NCBI GenBank assembly: GCA_951406725.2
Contig: OX597827.1
Span: 49,600,001 to 49,664,000 of the forward strand
Length of the DNA: 64,000 nt
DNA from: Octopus vulgaris
Lineage: Eukaryota
Direction of reading: 5' to 3'
The notes under the pieces were generated by a model, which did not search any database, was not told the origin of the DNA, and saw only the letters and a list, made by a program, of their open reading frames with translations. The position numbers were made by a program, and so were the translations under genes. Positions 63,381 to 64,000 of the stretch are shown in pieces. Position 1 is the stretch's first letter; every line of letters begins with the position of its first letter.

Positions 63381-64000
63381 TTGTCCTCTCTGTGTTTAGC
63401 CCCTTATGGGTAGTAAAGAAATAGGTAAGGGAGAGATTATTCCTATTTGGTCTAAGTAATCTGTTACATGCATTAAAATATTTTAATAATTTGGAGTAAA
63501 AGGAACTGAAAACTATTTGAAATAACAAGAAGCTGAACAGTTGTAATGGATTAATAAATCAACAGTTGTGGATTTATTGAATAACACATGTAGATTAATA
63601 AACGAACACACTTAGCTGTGACTATTACCAACCAAACTCTTTCCATATAATATTTATATATTTGTGCCTCTTTCTCATCATATTCTTGTCCATCCACCCT
63701 CTCATCGATTCTAGCCCTTCTGATGACATTGCTCTCAAATACCTATTTCTGGCTTTTTTTGTTGTCATTGTTTCCTTTACTGTTCATACTCTAAAGTGGT
63801 TGATTGTATGAGTAGAGAAAGTGTAGGGATATGATGTCTCTCTAATCCTGTCTTATTGCAAACTACTTAAACCTTTCTAATGTTGGTGCCATGAGAAAAT
63901 GCACCTAGTACTCTCTGTAAAGTGACTGGCATTAGGAAGGTGGGGGTCATCTAGCTGTAGAAACCCAAACCAAATGACAAGTATAAGCACTGAGATTTTG

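Overview
AT-rich, repeat-dense animal genomic DNA. The SINE/LINE repertoire and microsatellite load point to an octopus (coleoid cephalopod); this assignment is inferred. There are two divergently oriented protein-coding genes. One is a complete syntaxin-18 gene on the + strand (11 coding exons, 21527-40970, 999 nt, 332 aa, all introns GT-AG with consistent phases). The other is the first coding exon of a FAM184A/B-like gene on the - strand (11135-11293), whose first intron appears to run off the left edge. Everything else is transposon-derived or simple repeat: several tRNA-derived SINE families, RTE and CR1 LINE fragments, a decayed mariner, a non-autonomous Helitron, a deleted Gypsy element, and piggyBac, mariner and Merlin-like MITEs. 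Four observations stand out. (1) An RTE-clade LINE has a C4HC3 PHD finger inserted inside its reverse transcriptase. (2) The 3' UTR of the same LINE is a copy-number-variable hairpin-plus-spacer array. (3) A GG..CC MITE with 8-bp TSDs carries TTAGGG/G4 tracts and occurs five times. (4) A near-perfect hairpin of about 95 bp and several inverted repeat pairs lie in the STX18 pre-mRNA. No prokaryotic-type system (CRISPR etc.) is supported. All coordinates were read by eye, and repeat boundaries are approximate unless a TSD is quoted.
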